A stretch of 64,000 nt of DNA. It comes from Nitrosarchaeum sp. (lineage in GTDB: Archaea > Thermoproteota > Nitrososphaeria > Nitrososphaerales > Nitrosopumilaceae). The translations under genes and the position numbers were made by a program. The first letter of the stretch is position 1; every line of letters begins with the position of its first letter. Positions 9,390 to 18,691 of this stretch are shown piece after piece. The stretch is taken from positions 544,001-608,000 of the forward strand of contig OZ245020.1 in the NCBI GenBank assembly GCA_965223865.1. Direction: 5' to 3'. Under the pieces are notes generated by a model. That model did not search any database and was not told the DNA's origin. It saw only the letters and a program-made list of their open reading frames with translations.

Positions 9390-10482
9390 ATGTAATTTCC
9401 TTTTTGAATTGAGATAATTTTTGATTTCCTATGATGTTTCTGATAAGTTTTTTGAGATTATTTACATTTTCTCCTGTTTTTGAAGAAACAGTAATTCTTT
9501 TTCTGTTATCTTTTAAGTTAAGAATTTCAATTTTTTCATCTATTTGCTCTTTTGATAATAAATCTGATTTATTGAAAGTAAAAATTATTCTATCTCTTTC
9601 AACTCCTAGATCACTTAATGTTCTCATACAACTCTTAAATTTTTTTTTCAAATCAAAAATAGAATCACTTATGTCAACTACAAGAATGATTATGTCCGTA
9701 TGAATCATTTCTTCTAATGTAGACTTGAATGCATCAATCATGTAGGCTGGAAGTTTACTGATAAATCCTACCGTGTCGGCAATCAAAAACGGTTCACGGT
9801 TTATAGTTACTCTTCTAGTAGTAGTCGAAAGAGTGGTGAATAATTCCTGGCTTTGTTCCCGTGATTCACCTGTCATTTTATTAAATAATGTGGTCTTACC
9901 AGCAGAAGTATATCCTGCAAGTGAAATTGTTTTAAATCCAAGTCTTTTTCTTCCTTGACGGTGTAATTCTCTTTGTTTTCCAGCTTTTTCTAGTTTTGAT
10001 CTAATTGTTTGCATTCTATGCTTGATATCATTATAGTAAACATCTACCTCAAATTTTCCTATCCCCATAAATCCTGGTTGTTCTCCCATGCTTGAAAGAC
10101 GAACTTTTTCTTTTGCTCTTGCCATCTCATATCTTAATTGAGCGAGTTTCACTTGGAGTTTGGATTCAGCACTAGATGCCCTACTTTCAAAGATTTCAAG
10201 AATCAATGCTTCTCTATCTAAAATTTCCCTATGAAGAATAGAAGCCAAATTGTAATTTTGACTTGGTTTTAGGATCTCATCAAAAATTATGACATCCGGT
10301 CTTAATCGCTCAGTAATTTCCTCTAATTTTTCTAAAATCCCACCACCAATTCCATATTTTGGCTTTTTGAGAAAATTTTGCTTGACCATATGTACAATTT
10401 CATATCCTGCAGCGTCACATAGTCCAGTAGCTTCTGTCACGGCATCCTCTTTATCATATGTAATTAAAATTGCAGATTTCAT
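9379..10482 (-). CDS. hflX: GTPase HflX
   Basis: [19 protein letters not shown] motifs; start refined to ATG 10482. Confidence 0.93.
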   Translation of the reverse strand: MKSAILITYDKEDAVTEATGLCDAAGYEIVHMVKQNFLKKPKYGIGGGILEKLEEITERLRPDVIIFDEILKPSQNYNLASILHREILDREALILEIFESRASSAESKLQVKLAQLRYEMARAKEKVRLSSMGEQPGFMGIGKFEVDVYYNDIKHRMQTIRSKLEKAGKQRELHRQGRKRLGFKTISLAGYTSAGKTTLFNKMTGESREQSQELFTTLSTTTRRVTINREPFLIADTVGFISKLPAYMIDAFKSTLEEMIHTDIIILVVDISDSIFDLKKKFKSCMRTLSDLGVERDRIIFTFNKSDLLSKEQIDEKIEILNLKDNRKRITVSSKTGENVNNLKKLIRNIIGNQKLSQFKKEITYGN

Positions 10483-10540
10483 TCTCAATATTTTCTCAAA
10501 ATTCACTCAAGTTTAAACTTCTGCCCTTAAAATGAAAAAT

Positions 10541-11587
10541 TTAGCTAGTTTTCTTCAAAGCCTTTTCAATGTTCATATTTAAAACAATTTCCGCAATGTC
10601 ACTTGCATACTCTGCAATTCTTCGAATATTTTCAGCAATTCTTCTGATTCTGTAAATCTCTTCATCGTCTTTAAGTGATTTTAAAGCATCTCTTATCTTT
10701 TTTTCATATTTTGAAATTAAGCTAGTTTTCTTAATTGTTTTTTCTGCTTGAGCATAATCTTCTTTGAATAAAGAAAGACAAGATTCATCTAAAACTGAAA
10801 GTGAGAATTCACTCATTTCTTGAATTTTATCTATAATTTCTTTTTTAATAGGTTTTTTAAATTCTATAATGTCTTTTGCAACAAATGCTGCATGATCTCC
10901 AGTCCTTTCAATATTTTTTACAACAAGTCTATATCCCAAACAATTCCTTACATTTCTGAAACCCATTTCTTTTAACATATGTTCATTTTGAATTGCTATC
11001 TTTAATTGACGAATAATGTAAAAACCAAATCTGTCTACTTCGTCATCGGTATTGATTACTTCCTCAGCCAGATCCAAATTATTTTCCTTAACTGCAAGAA
11101 TAGCATCGCTTGTCATAGATTTTGCCAGATGAATCATTCTCTTAAATGCGCCATCTACTGACAACTCTAACAAATTCACTAAAACCTGTACTGTTATTCC
11201 TCCACTGGAATCTGAAATGATTTCAGAACCCATAAGCATTCTTTTTACAGCTTCTTTTACAGTATTACGTTGGTTTGGACTTAATCTCCCGGTTTTGGGT
11301 TTAACATTAATTGTTTTGAATCCTAAAAAATACAGTGAAATTAATTTTCTAACAATTGAAGATGCCTCTTCTTCAATATCTATCTCTACTGTAGCATCTT
11401 CTTTTTTCTGAATACGAATTTCAACTTTTGGTGGATATAATTCTAGTGTGGATGATCCTTTCCTGATCATCCTAATTTGATCACCTTGTTTTAATCCAAG
11501 ATCTGTAATCCATTGTTTTGGCAAAGAAATAATATATGATGATTTACCTGTAAATTGAATTTTCCTGGTTTCTTCTCTTTCTTCCAT
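10541..11587 (-). CDS. phoU: AbrB-PhoU phosphate uptake regulator
   Basis: N-terminal AbrB (RKIQFTGKSSYIISLPKQW) plus two PhoU repeats (DDEVDR, ERTGDHA). Confidence 0.9.
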   Translation of the reverse strand: MEEREETRKIQFTGKSSYIISLPKQWITDLGLKQGDQIRMIRKGSSTLELYPPKVEIRIQKKEDATVEIDIEEEASSIVRKLISLYFLGFKTINVKPKTGRLSPNQRNTVKEAVKRMLMGSEIISDSSGGITVQVLVNLLELSVDGAFKRMIHLAKSMTSDAILAVKENNLDLAEEVINTDDEVDRFGFYIIRQLKIAIQNEHMLKEMGFRNVRNCLGYRLVVKNIERTGDHAAFVAKDIIEFKKPIKKEIIDKIQEMSEFSLSVLDESCLSLFKEDYAQAEKTIKKTSLISKYEKKIRDALKSLKDDEEIYRIRRIAENIRRIAEYASDIAEIVLNMNIEKALKKTS

Positions 11588-11678
11588 AAACTAAAGATAA
11601 AAATACTGTCTATATAGTTTAGGTTAGAAAATATATTCTAACATTGAACTAATATTTAGAAAAGATCGGACTATTGAT

Positions 11679-12152
11679 ATGGATCACCATCTAAAGTTAA
11701 AACATACAATTGATGCATTATTTGGAAATGGAGTATCGAAATATTTACCTAAAGATATCGAAATGACTTTTTCAAAAAAGAATGGAAGGCTCAAAACTGT
11801 TTCTCATCACGGAAAATTATTATGCACATTGAGAATTGATGGTGGTCTAGCAATCAGTCCCTATTTTGCACAGATGTTATTAAAAAGCAAAAAATTCAAA
11901 GAAAATTGTTTGGAAGTAAATCAAGAGGCAGCCCCCTTTATTGAGGAAGGAAGGTCAGTATTTTGTAAACATGTTGTTTGGTGTGGCAAAAATCTTCAAA
12001 TTTCATCTGATACACCAGTATTATTCCAAGATAAAGTAATTGCAGTGGGTAAATCTGTATTATCTTCAGAAATGATTTCTGATTTTGATAGAGGATTAGC
12101 AGTTAAAATCAGAGATAGTTTAAAAAGTCGTAAAGGAGAAATATTCTCATGA
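11679..12152 (+). CDS. PUA-domain RNA-binding protein (arcTGT C-terminal-like)
   Basis: GRSVFCKHV and IAVGK...GLAVKIR PUA motifs. Confidence 0.8.
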   Translation: MDHHLKLKHTIDALFGNGVSKYLPKDIEMTFSKKNGRLKTVSHHGKLLCTLRIDGGLAISPYFAQMLLKSKKFKENCLEVNQEAAPFIEEGRSVFCKHVVWCGKNLQISSDTPVLFQDKVIAVGKSVLSSEMISDFDRGLAVKIRDSLKSRKGEIFS

Positions 12153-12490
12153 TGCGAGGCGGCAACCGTGAAATGCGAAGAATGATGGATAAAATGGGAT
12201 TAGATATGAAGGAGATCTCAAATGTCCAAGAGGTTATTATTAAGACTGACAAAAAGGAAATAATTGTTTCAAAACCCTCAGTAACTGAGATGAAAGCCAA
12301 GGACAATTCAATTTTTACAGTTACTGCGGATTCTTACGAGGAAAGAGAATTAGAAGTTCCTGTATTTTCAGAGGAAGATATCCAACTTGTTAGTCAACAA
12401 GCAGGAGTTGACGAAGAAAAGGCAAAAAATGCACTTGAGGAAGCAAAGGGCGATCTAGCACGAGCAATTTTACTTTTGACAACAGGATAA
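12149..12490 (+). CDS. nac: Nascent polypeptide-associated complex protein
   Basis: MRRMMDKMG, EVII; C-terminal UBA-like EEDIQLVSQQAGV...GDLARAIL. Confidence 0.95.
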   Translation: MMRGGNREMRRMMDKMGLDMKEISNVQEVIIKTDKKEIIVSKPSVTEMKAKDNSIFTVTADSYEERELEVPVFSEEDIQLVSQQAGVDEEKAKNALEEAKGDLARAILLLTTG

Positions 12491-12570
12491 ATGCTAGGCG
12501 ATCTGAATTTTATCAAAAATTTGTTAAAACTGAATGATTTAAGTAATGGATTTGAAGGATTAAAAATATA

Positions 12571-12906
12571 ATGAGCAGCATGGCTGAATCAAAGGTTACA
12601 GGTATTATTCAATCTCTGAGTGGACTAGAAAACGACTTGGACTCTCTTAATACCACTGTTGCCGATATGAAAAAACAGCTCTCTCTAAAAACCCAAACTG
12701 AAATTGATAAACTTCTTGAAAAAACTCGAGAAATGGCTACTAAAGAGGCTGAGATCATAATAAATGCCTCCAAGGACAAAGCTAATGCAGAATCTACAAG
12801 AATTACCCAAGAAGGAGAAACAAAATTGGCTGAAATTCAATCAAATATCGAGGCTAATTTTGATGAGGCAGTAAAGCATGTTGTGTTAACTGTTTTGAAG
12901 GCATAA
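12571..12906 (+). CDS. Coiled-coil protein resembling A/V-type ATPase subunit H/G
   Basis: 111-aa all-helical charged protein ending NFDEAVKHVVLTVL; no other atp genes nearby. Confidence 0.55.
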   Translation: MSSMAESKVTGIIQSLSGLENDLDSLNTTVADMKKQLSLKTQTEIDKLLEKTREMATKEAEIIINASKDKANAESTRITQEGETKLAEIQSNIEANFDEAVKHVVLTVLKA

Positions 12907-12960
12907 ACCTAAATCACACATTTCCTCTCTTATATTATCGAATCTTTACTAAATACTCGT

Positions 12961-13590
12961 ATTGGAATTGCAACTACTTACGGCAAACCATACTACAGAT
13001 TTGCAAATTTTCTGAAAATCCTTAATCTTTCCTTTGATTCAATTTTACCTGGGGAAATTCAGAATTATGATGGTCACCTAGTTTTAACAACCATTAAGGA
13101 AGCCCCAATTGAATGTAAAAAACCAATGCTTCATGAAGATATTTTTGAAAAACATCCTACTGTAATACGTGGATTGATGATGCAGAAACTAAATTTGGAA
13201 TTTAATCAGGAAGAATTAGTGATTGGGATTGATCCTGGACAACGAATTGGATTGTCAATATTTTATTATGACTACGAAATTGAGAGTTCATTTTACCCCT
13301 CAATAGAGGAATTAGTGACGCATATTATCCAAGTTCTAGGAGGTTTGAGGGCTAAACGCAAAATTGTCAAAGTAGGTGATGGAAACATGGATATTGCAAA
13401 AGAAATTAAAAATATGCTAAATCTGAAATTTTGTTCTTCTTTTGAATTCGAATTTGTTGATGAAAGAAAAACTAGCCTAAAAATTAAAAATTTTAATCAA
13501 AGGGGTAAACGCGACATGCTATCTGCAAAATATATTTCTCAAAGAGATGGTTATAGACACTCAATTTTGCCTCTATCAATTACTGGATAA
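12961..13590 (+). CDS. RNase H-fold (YqgF/RuvC-like) protein; start uncertain
   Basis: VIGIDPG..IG, VGDG, VDE..TS, RD..SA motifs; frame is open and protein-like upstream of ATG 13126 back to 12913. Confidence 0.65.
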   Translation: MGIATTYGKPYYRFANFLKILNLSFDSILPGEIQNYDGHLVLTTIKEAPIECKKPMLHEDIFEKHPTVIRGLMMQKLNLEFNQEELVIGIDPGQRIGLSIFYYDYEIESSFYPSIEELVTHIIQVLGGLRAKRKIVKVGDGNMDIAKEIKNMLNLKFCSSFEFEFVDERKTSLKIKNFNQRGKRDMLSAKYISQRDGYRHSILPLSITG

Positions 13591-13901
13591 GCAGATAATT
13601 TTCGTTTATGGGGTATAGAATTTCTTGAAATAATTTATCTTTTTATGACAAAATTGTTTCTTTATTTTTTTTGAAATAATTGAAATTTTTATTAGAACAT
13701 TATTACATGAATTATTATTTTACTAAAAAATTTGAATTTTTATAAAACTATACATATTTATTGAAGATTTTTCCGTTTTCATTAAAACAAATAATACTGA
13801 TCGACTTTTTTATTATAATTTTTATACAAAATTTATAAAATTCATCAAAAAATTCTCGATCCATCCTTATATACTTATGAATTATATATAAAACTACAAA
13901 G

Positions 13902-14354
13902 ATGACTTGTAAAGGAATTTGCGTTAGATACAAGGCTCAAAAGCCAGTAGGAACCGGAAGATATGCTTCTGGACAACGTCGATGCCAAATTTGTGAAATA
14001 TTCATCAAATGGGAAGGTCTTTGGTGTCCATGCTGTGGATATAGACTACGAACAAAACCACGTAATCTCAAATACAAAGCAAAACTTCGCGCAAGAGTAG
14101 AAGCTGATTCAATTGAAGCAAAAGCTATTACTGAAACCCACGAAGTTGAAACTGAGGAATTAGCAGAGATTAAAGCAAAACCTAAAACAAAAACAACTAA
14201 AACAAAAACAACTAAAACCAAAGAAAAAACTCCATGCCAACATTGTAGCAAGCTGTTTGTAAATACTGACAAACATGAAAAGCGTTGCAAGAAAAATCCA
14301 AATGCTGAAGTTAAAGCCTCTCAAAATACTGAATCAATAGCAATAAAAGCATAA
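13902..14354 (+). CDS. Cys-rich zinc-binding protein with Lys/Thr-rich linker
   Basis: CKGIC, CQIC, CPCC, a KTKTTKTKTTKTK linker, and C-terminal CQHC-x9-H-x3-C. Confidence 0.8.
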   Translation: MTCKGICVRYKAQKPVGTGRYASGQRRCQICEIFIKWEGLWCPCCGYRLRTKPRNLKYKAKLRARVEADSIEAKAITETHEVETEELAEIKAKPKTKTTKTKTTKTKEKTPCQHCSKLFVNTDKHEKRCKKNPNAEVKASQNTESIAIKA

Positions 14355-14368
14355 GATTTGTTCAAAAG

Positions 14369-14710
14369 TTGTTGAACTCTCCAAATGGGTTTTCTAAAAA
14401 AACTGTAAATTTGGAGAGTCGTAGTTTTTCTTTACGTATTCAAAAATTTGATAATGGATATTTTGTTTCTATATCTGAGGGAAATAATAAACTGGGTTCT
14501 ATGGTTATTTCATTAGCTACTGGCCCTACTCCTGTTACATCCACTATAATTCCATCCGTATATGAATCTCTTTTTCTAAAATTGACAGCTGAAAAAATTA
14601 GCACAAAAATAAGGGGCATTGCCATCGTATCTTCATTTACTCATAAAGAATTAGATTCTGATACTGCAAAGGCCTTAATGTCAGAAATCATGGAGATGAT
14701 TCAGAATTGA
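14369..14710 (+). CDS. Hypothetical protein (possible proteasome assembly chaperone-like fold)
   Basis: 113-aa beta/alpha ORF overlapping the ubiD-family gene. Confidence 0.55.
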   Translation: MLNSPNGFSKKTVNLESRSFSLRIQKFDNGYFVSISEGNNKLGSMVISLATGPTPVTSTIIPSVYESLFLKLTAEKISTKIRGIAIVSSFTHKELDSDTAKALMSEIMEMIQN

Positions 14711-16038
14711 CTGATTTAAGAAATTACTTATCACTTGTAAAAAAATTTTGTGAATTAAAAACCGTAAAAAAACCTGTTTCTACTAAATATGAAATTGCTG
14801 GAATTACAGCAAAACTCGACGGTTCTTATGCCATTTTATTTGAGAATATCAAAAAAAGTAATTTTAATCTAGTATCAAATTTAGTAGGTACAAGAAAAAG
14901 ATTTGCACTTGCGGTTAATAGTTCTGAAGATAATATACATCAGAATATAATCAAATCAATCAAACACGCAAAAAAACCCAAAGTTATCTCTTCGGGTAAA
15001 TTCATGGAAAACAAATCTAGAGATTTATCTATTCTTCCTATAGTAACTCACTTTGAAAAAGAATCAGGTCCTTTCATTACTTCTTCAATTGCATATGCAA
15101 AAAATCCAGAAACTGGAAAACAGAACTCCTCCTTTCATAGATTGATGCCTATAGATAAAACTCATTTTTCCATTAGAATGGTTGAAGGAAGACATTTGCA
15201 CAGATGTTTTGTGAATGCAAAAGAGCATGGGGAAGATCTAAAGATTGCTATAACTGTAGGTGTACATCCTGCAGTATCCATAGCAGGAGCATATCAAGCT
15301 GAATGGGGCAAGGATGAAATTGATATTGCAAATTCCATTTTAAGAAGAAACCTTACTCTCGCAAAACTTCCTTTTTCAGGATTGAATGTACCATCTGGTG
15401 CAGAAATTGTTATGGAGGGAAAAATTCTTCGTGATAAAAACCACCCTGAATGGATGGTAGAAATGCTTCAAACATATGATCATCATCGTTCTCAACCAGT
15501 CTTTGAATTAGAAAATCTTTTTTTTAGAAATAATCCTATTTATCATGATGTATTATCTGGTTTTTCAGAACATAGATTATTGATGGGAATGCCCATAGAA
15601 TCTAAATTAAACGGGGAATTGAAAAAAGCATTTTCACAAACAATTCAAGCATCAATGACTAATGGGGGTTGCAATTGGTTGCATGCTGTAGTACAGATAA
15701 AAAAGAAAACAGAGTCTGATGTAAAAAAAATTATCAAAAAAACATTTGAATCCCATCGCTCACTTAAACAAGTTACCGTTGTAGATGAGGATATAGATCC
15801 AAATAATGCCGAATCAGTTGAGTATGCTTTGGCAACAAGATTCCAAGCTGATAAAGATCTAATAATCTTGAAAAAGGTTAGAGGTTCCAGCTTGGATCCA
15901 TCTAGCGATCAAAAAAATCTAAAAACTGCAAAAATTGGCATCGACGCTACAAGATCTTTATCTAAGAGACCTGAGGGATTTGAATTAGCAAAAATTCCTA
16001 ATATTGATAAAATACAATTAAAAAATTACTTCAAATAG
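14707..16038 (+). CDS. UbiD-family prFMN-dependent decarboxylase
   Basis: VSNLVGTR, VPSGAEIVMEG, VVDEDIDP, SSLDPS, KIGIDAT motifs. Confidence 0.92.
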   Translation: MTDLRNYLSLVKKFCELKTVKKPVSTKYEIAGITAKLDGSYAILFENIKKSNFNLVSNLVGTRKRFALAVNSSEDNIHQNIIKSIKHAKKPKVISSGKFMENKSRDLSILPIVTHFEKESGPFITSSIAYAKNPETGKQNSSFHRLMPIDKTHFSIRMVEGRHLHRCFVNAKEHGEDLKIAITVGVHPAVSIAGAYQAEWGKDEIDIANSILRRNLTLAKLPFSGLNVPSGAEIVMEGKILRDKNHPEWMVEMLQTYDHHRSQPVFELENLFFRNNPIYHDVLSGFSEHRLLMGMPIESKLNGELKKAFSQTIQASMTNGGCNWLHAVVQIKKKTESDVKKIIKKTFESHRSLKQVTVVDEDIDPNNAESVEYALATRFQADKDLIILKKVRGSSLDPSSDQKNLKTAKIGIDATRSLSKRPEGFELAKIPNIDKIQLKNYFK

Positions 16039-16091
16039 AAAAAATCTCCAAAAAATGATTAAATTAATGGGATGATTTCTAAACAATTAGA

Positions 16092-16517
16092 TTGGAAAAC
16101 AAAACTGAAGATTATTTTAAACAATATCTAAAAAATGTAACAAATGAACAACTAAACCAGTTTTATGATGATGTAGAGTGGACTCCTTTTCCAGTTCTTG
16201 TGATAAAAGAGTACCAACGTAGATTTAATCAAAAAAACAAGAAAGAGGTTATTGAAAAATTAAAGATGCACGCTGAACTCGCCAAGGAAAAAACTAGAGA
16301 ATTACGTTCCAAGGCAAAAAATCGAAGTTCCAAGGTATCAAAAAAAATTCAAAATAAAAAAGAAAAATTATCTAAATCTATTAAGGACACCAATCGTTTT
16401 GCATCATCTGAAAAGAATCTTGCAATTTTAGAAAAATTAGGAGAATTAAATAAAAAAGGAATAATCACAAATAAAGAATTTCAAGATAAGAAAAAGGAAA
16501 TATTAAAACGAATTTAA
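16092..16517 (+). CDS. Basic coiled-coil protein with C-terminal SHOCT domain
   Basis: LEKLGELNKKGIITNKEFQDKKKEIL matches the SHOCT pattern. Confidence 0.75.
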   Translation: MENKTEDYFKQYLKNVTNEQLNQFYDDVEWTPFPVLVIKEYQRRFNQKNKKEVIEKLKMHAELAKEKTRELRSKAKNRSSKVSKKIQNKKEKLSKSIKDTNRFASSEKNLAILEKLGELNKKGIITNKEFQDKKKEILKRI

Positions 16518-16518
16518 A

Positions 16519-17010
16519 ATGACATCAAAGATTTCTATAAAACCAAAGAAAAGTCCAGAGGAATCTCATGCAGAAGTAATAGTTAGAATGTTTCCTTCTG
16601 ATGCTAATCCTGCAGGAAATGTATTTGGGGGAGAGATTTTAAAACATATTGATATGGTTGCAGGAATAGTTGCTCAAAGACATTCTCAATCAAATGCAGT
16701 CACGGTTAGTATGGATAGTGTAAATTTTATCAAGCCTGTCTATGTTGGTAATGTTCTAAAACTCAATGCCAGAATAAACTATGTTCATAATTCCTCAATG
16801 GAGATTGAAGTAAAAGTTGAAGCTGAAGATATTGTCACAGGAATCCGCACAATTACTGGTACCGCATTTGTTACTTTTGTTGCATTAGAAAAAAAGGGAA
16901 AACCTACAACAGTCCCTAAATTAATGCTAAAAACAGACAAAGACCGAAAAAAATTTGAAGAAGGAAAATTAAGAATGCAAGAAAGATTGAAACATCGTCA
17001 AAAACCATAA
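16519..17010 (+). CDS. Acyl-CoA thioesterase (hot-dog fold, YciA type)
   Basis: DANPAGNVFGGEILKHID, VTVSMD, TFVAL motifs. Confidence 0.93.
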   Translation: MTSKISIKPKKSPEESHAEVIVRMFPSDANPAGNVFGGEILKHIDMVAGIVAQRHSQSNAVTVSMDSVNFIKPVYVGNVLKLNARINYVHNSSMEIEVKVEAEDIVTGIRTITGTAFVTFVALEKKGKPTTVPKLMLKTDKDRKKFEEGKLRMQERLKHRQKP

Positions 17011-17061
17011 TTTTATCCTTAATAGATCAGTTTAAGAGTCACAAAAGTATTCAATAAGTCA

Positions 17062-17475
17062 ATGTCGGAAGAAGAAACAAATGAATGGGATTCCCTATGG
17101 CAAGAATATTCTAAATCTCTAGAAAACTGGAAAACACTTTTTGAACAAATTCAAAACGCAAGTAGTGATATGCAGAATAAATTTAATGAAGTTTGGGAAA
17201 AAGCAACAAAAGAATCAAGTTCGGAAACTATGAAATTATTTACAGAAAATTGGCAAAAGGCACTTGCTGATGCTGGAATGAAATCATATAAGGAATTTGG
17301 TGAATCTTGGCAAAAAACACTAAATGATTCTAGCGCCAACGCCTTCAAACAATTTGCAGAAAATTGGCAAAAAACTTTTAGTTCTTCAGGAATGGAGCAA
17401 ATGCAAGCTTATGGTGAAATAATGAAAAAATTTGCTGAAACTTGGAATTCAATGTGGCCAAAATCCCAATCTTAA
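17062..17475 (+). CDS. Trp-periodic amphipathic helical repeat protein (phasin/apolipoprotein-like)
   Basis: F-x-E-x-W-[QE]-K repeated at an exact 19-aa period (W45, W64, W83, W102). Confidence 0.75.
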   Translation: MSEEETNEWDSLWQEYSKSLENWKTLFEQIQNASSDMQNKFNEVWEKATKESSSETMKLFTENWQKALADAGMKSYKEFGESWQKTLNDSSANAFKQFAENWQKTFSSSGMEQMQAYGEIMKKFAETWNSMWPKSQS

Positions 17476-17481
17476 ACTGAA

Positions 17482-17703
17482 TTGAGAAAAAATCCTCTCA
17501 TTCTTTGTTCTTGTATTGGTTTAGAAATAATGACTTCTGTTGGTGTTACAACATATTTGTTATTTCTCAGAGAACCAATTTTGGCTCTTATTTCATCTAT
17601 TGTTTTTGCAAAAATAATCATTTTTCATTTTGTTATGGAATATTTCGACAAAAAGGTATCTTGTAATAAATTTCAAAAAAATTTTAACTGTGTGATAAAA
17701 TAA
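17482..17703 (+). CDS. Small membrane protein
   Basis: 73 aa with two hydrophobic segments; TTG start 6 nt after the previous stop. Confidence 0.5.
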   Translation: MRKNPLILCSCIGLEIMTSVGVTTYLLFLREPILALISSIVFAKIIIFHFVMEYFDKKVSCNKFQKNFNCVIK

Positions 17704-17726
17704 AACAAAGTAAATTCTATTAAATT

Positions 17727-17924
17727 TTATCTTACTGAAGCACGCTTTTTAGTAACTTTTCGCGCTGATTTAGAAGGTCTTGTGGTTTTTAGTTTGGATT
17801 TATCCGTAGTCAAACTCTTGCCCTTTTTTTGAGCTTTACGTCTTGCTGCATTTCTTGTCTCTTCTTCTTTTTGTAATTTTTCTAGTTTCTCAGAACTGAT
17901 TTTGCGTGTTTTAACCGAAGTCAT
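17727..17924 (-). CDS. Small highly basic protein
   Basis: 65 aa, very Lys/Arg rich, ATG start with AT-rich upstream region. Confidence 0.65.
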   Translation of the reverse strand: MTSVKTRKISSEKLEKLQKEEETRNAARRKAQKKGKSLTTDKSKLKTTRPSKSARKVTKKRASVR

Positions 17925-18014
17925 ATAATATAAAATAAAACAAGTGAAATTAATAAAATTTTATGGAAAAAATTTTGAAAGAATAAAAATAGCTTTTAAT
18001 CTAATAAGGCATTA

Positions 18015-18689
18015 ATGTTACAAAATCAATGCTTTATTGAATTACATATCTTTAATGATTTAGCAAGATTTGTTTGCGCTTTTAGAGAATATCCTCTTAG
18101 AGTTTTTTCTCACGATCTACATGGAACCAGAGTTTTATCTAGCAGATTATCCCTTTCAAATACTCTTCTCTTATTCTATGTCCCTATGACAAAATTTGGA
18201 AGATACATTTCTTATCAAGCATCTACTGGAAAAGAATACTGTGATGTTGTCGAATCAACTAAGAATATTTCTACATATGCACCAATTATTCATATGGAGT
18301 CCGAAATTTCACCACTTCCAATTAAATCCGAAAAAATATCTGATACGTTTCATCCCATTAGAGTAAAAGATATTGGAAGTTTAGCGAGACTTACCTATGA
18401 TCCTGAACTTCCAGATAAACCAAATCTTACATTATATGTAATTCCTCACAAAAATTCTTGGTTAATGGGGTATCTTACCTCATTAGAAATGGATAATGTT
18501 TACTATCAATTCAATTACGTTGAATTGAATTCAGAACCACTAAAACCATTTGTAAAATATAAAGGACATGAGGGAAAGGATCCAGAACTGTCTGACAACT
18601 TTGAACATGGTTTTTCTTATCTACCAATAATCAAAATAAAATCAGAACATGAAATTTTTGGATTTAATAGAACAACAAATAATCAATAA
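18015..18689 (+). CDS. Hypothetical protein with apparent two-fold internal repeat
   Basis: IELHIFNDLARF...APIIHMES versus IRVKDIGSLARL...LPIIKIKS. Confidence 0.75.
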   Translation: MLQNQCFIELHIFNDLARFVCAFREYPLRVFSHDLHGTRVLSSRLSLSNTLLLFYVPMTKFGRYISYQASTGKEYCDVVESTKNISTYAPIIHMESEISPLPIKSEKISDTFHPIRVKDIGSLARLTYDPELPDKPNLTLYVIPHKNSWLMGYLTSLEMDNVYYQFNYVELNSEPLKPFVKYKGHEGKDPELSDNFEHGFSYLPIIKIKSEHEIFGFNRTTNNQ

Positions 18690-18691
18690 AT

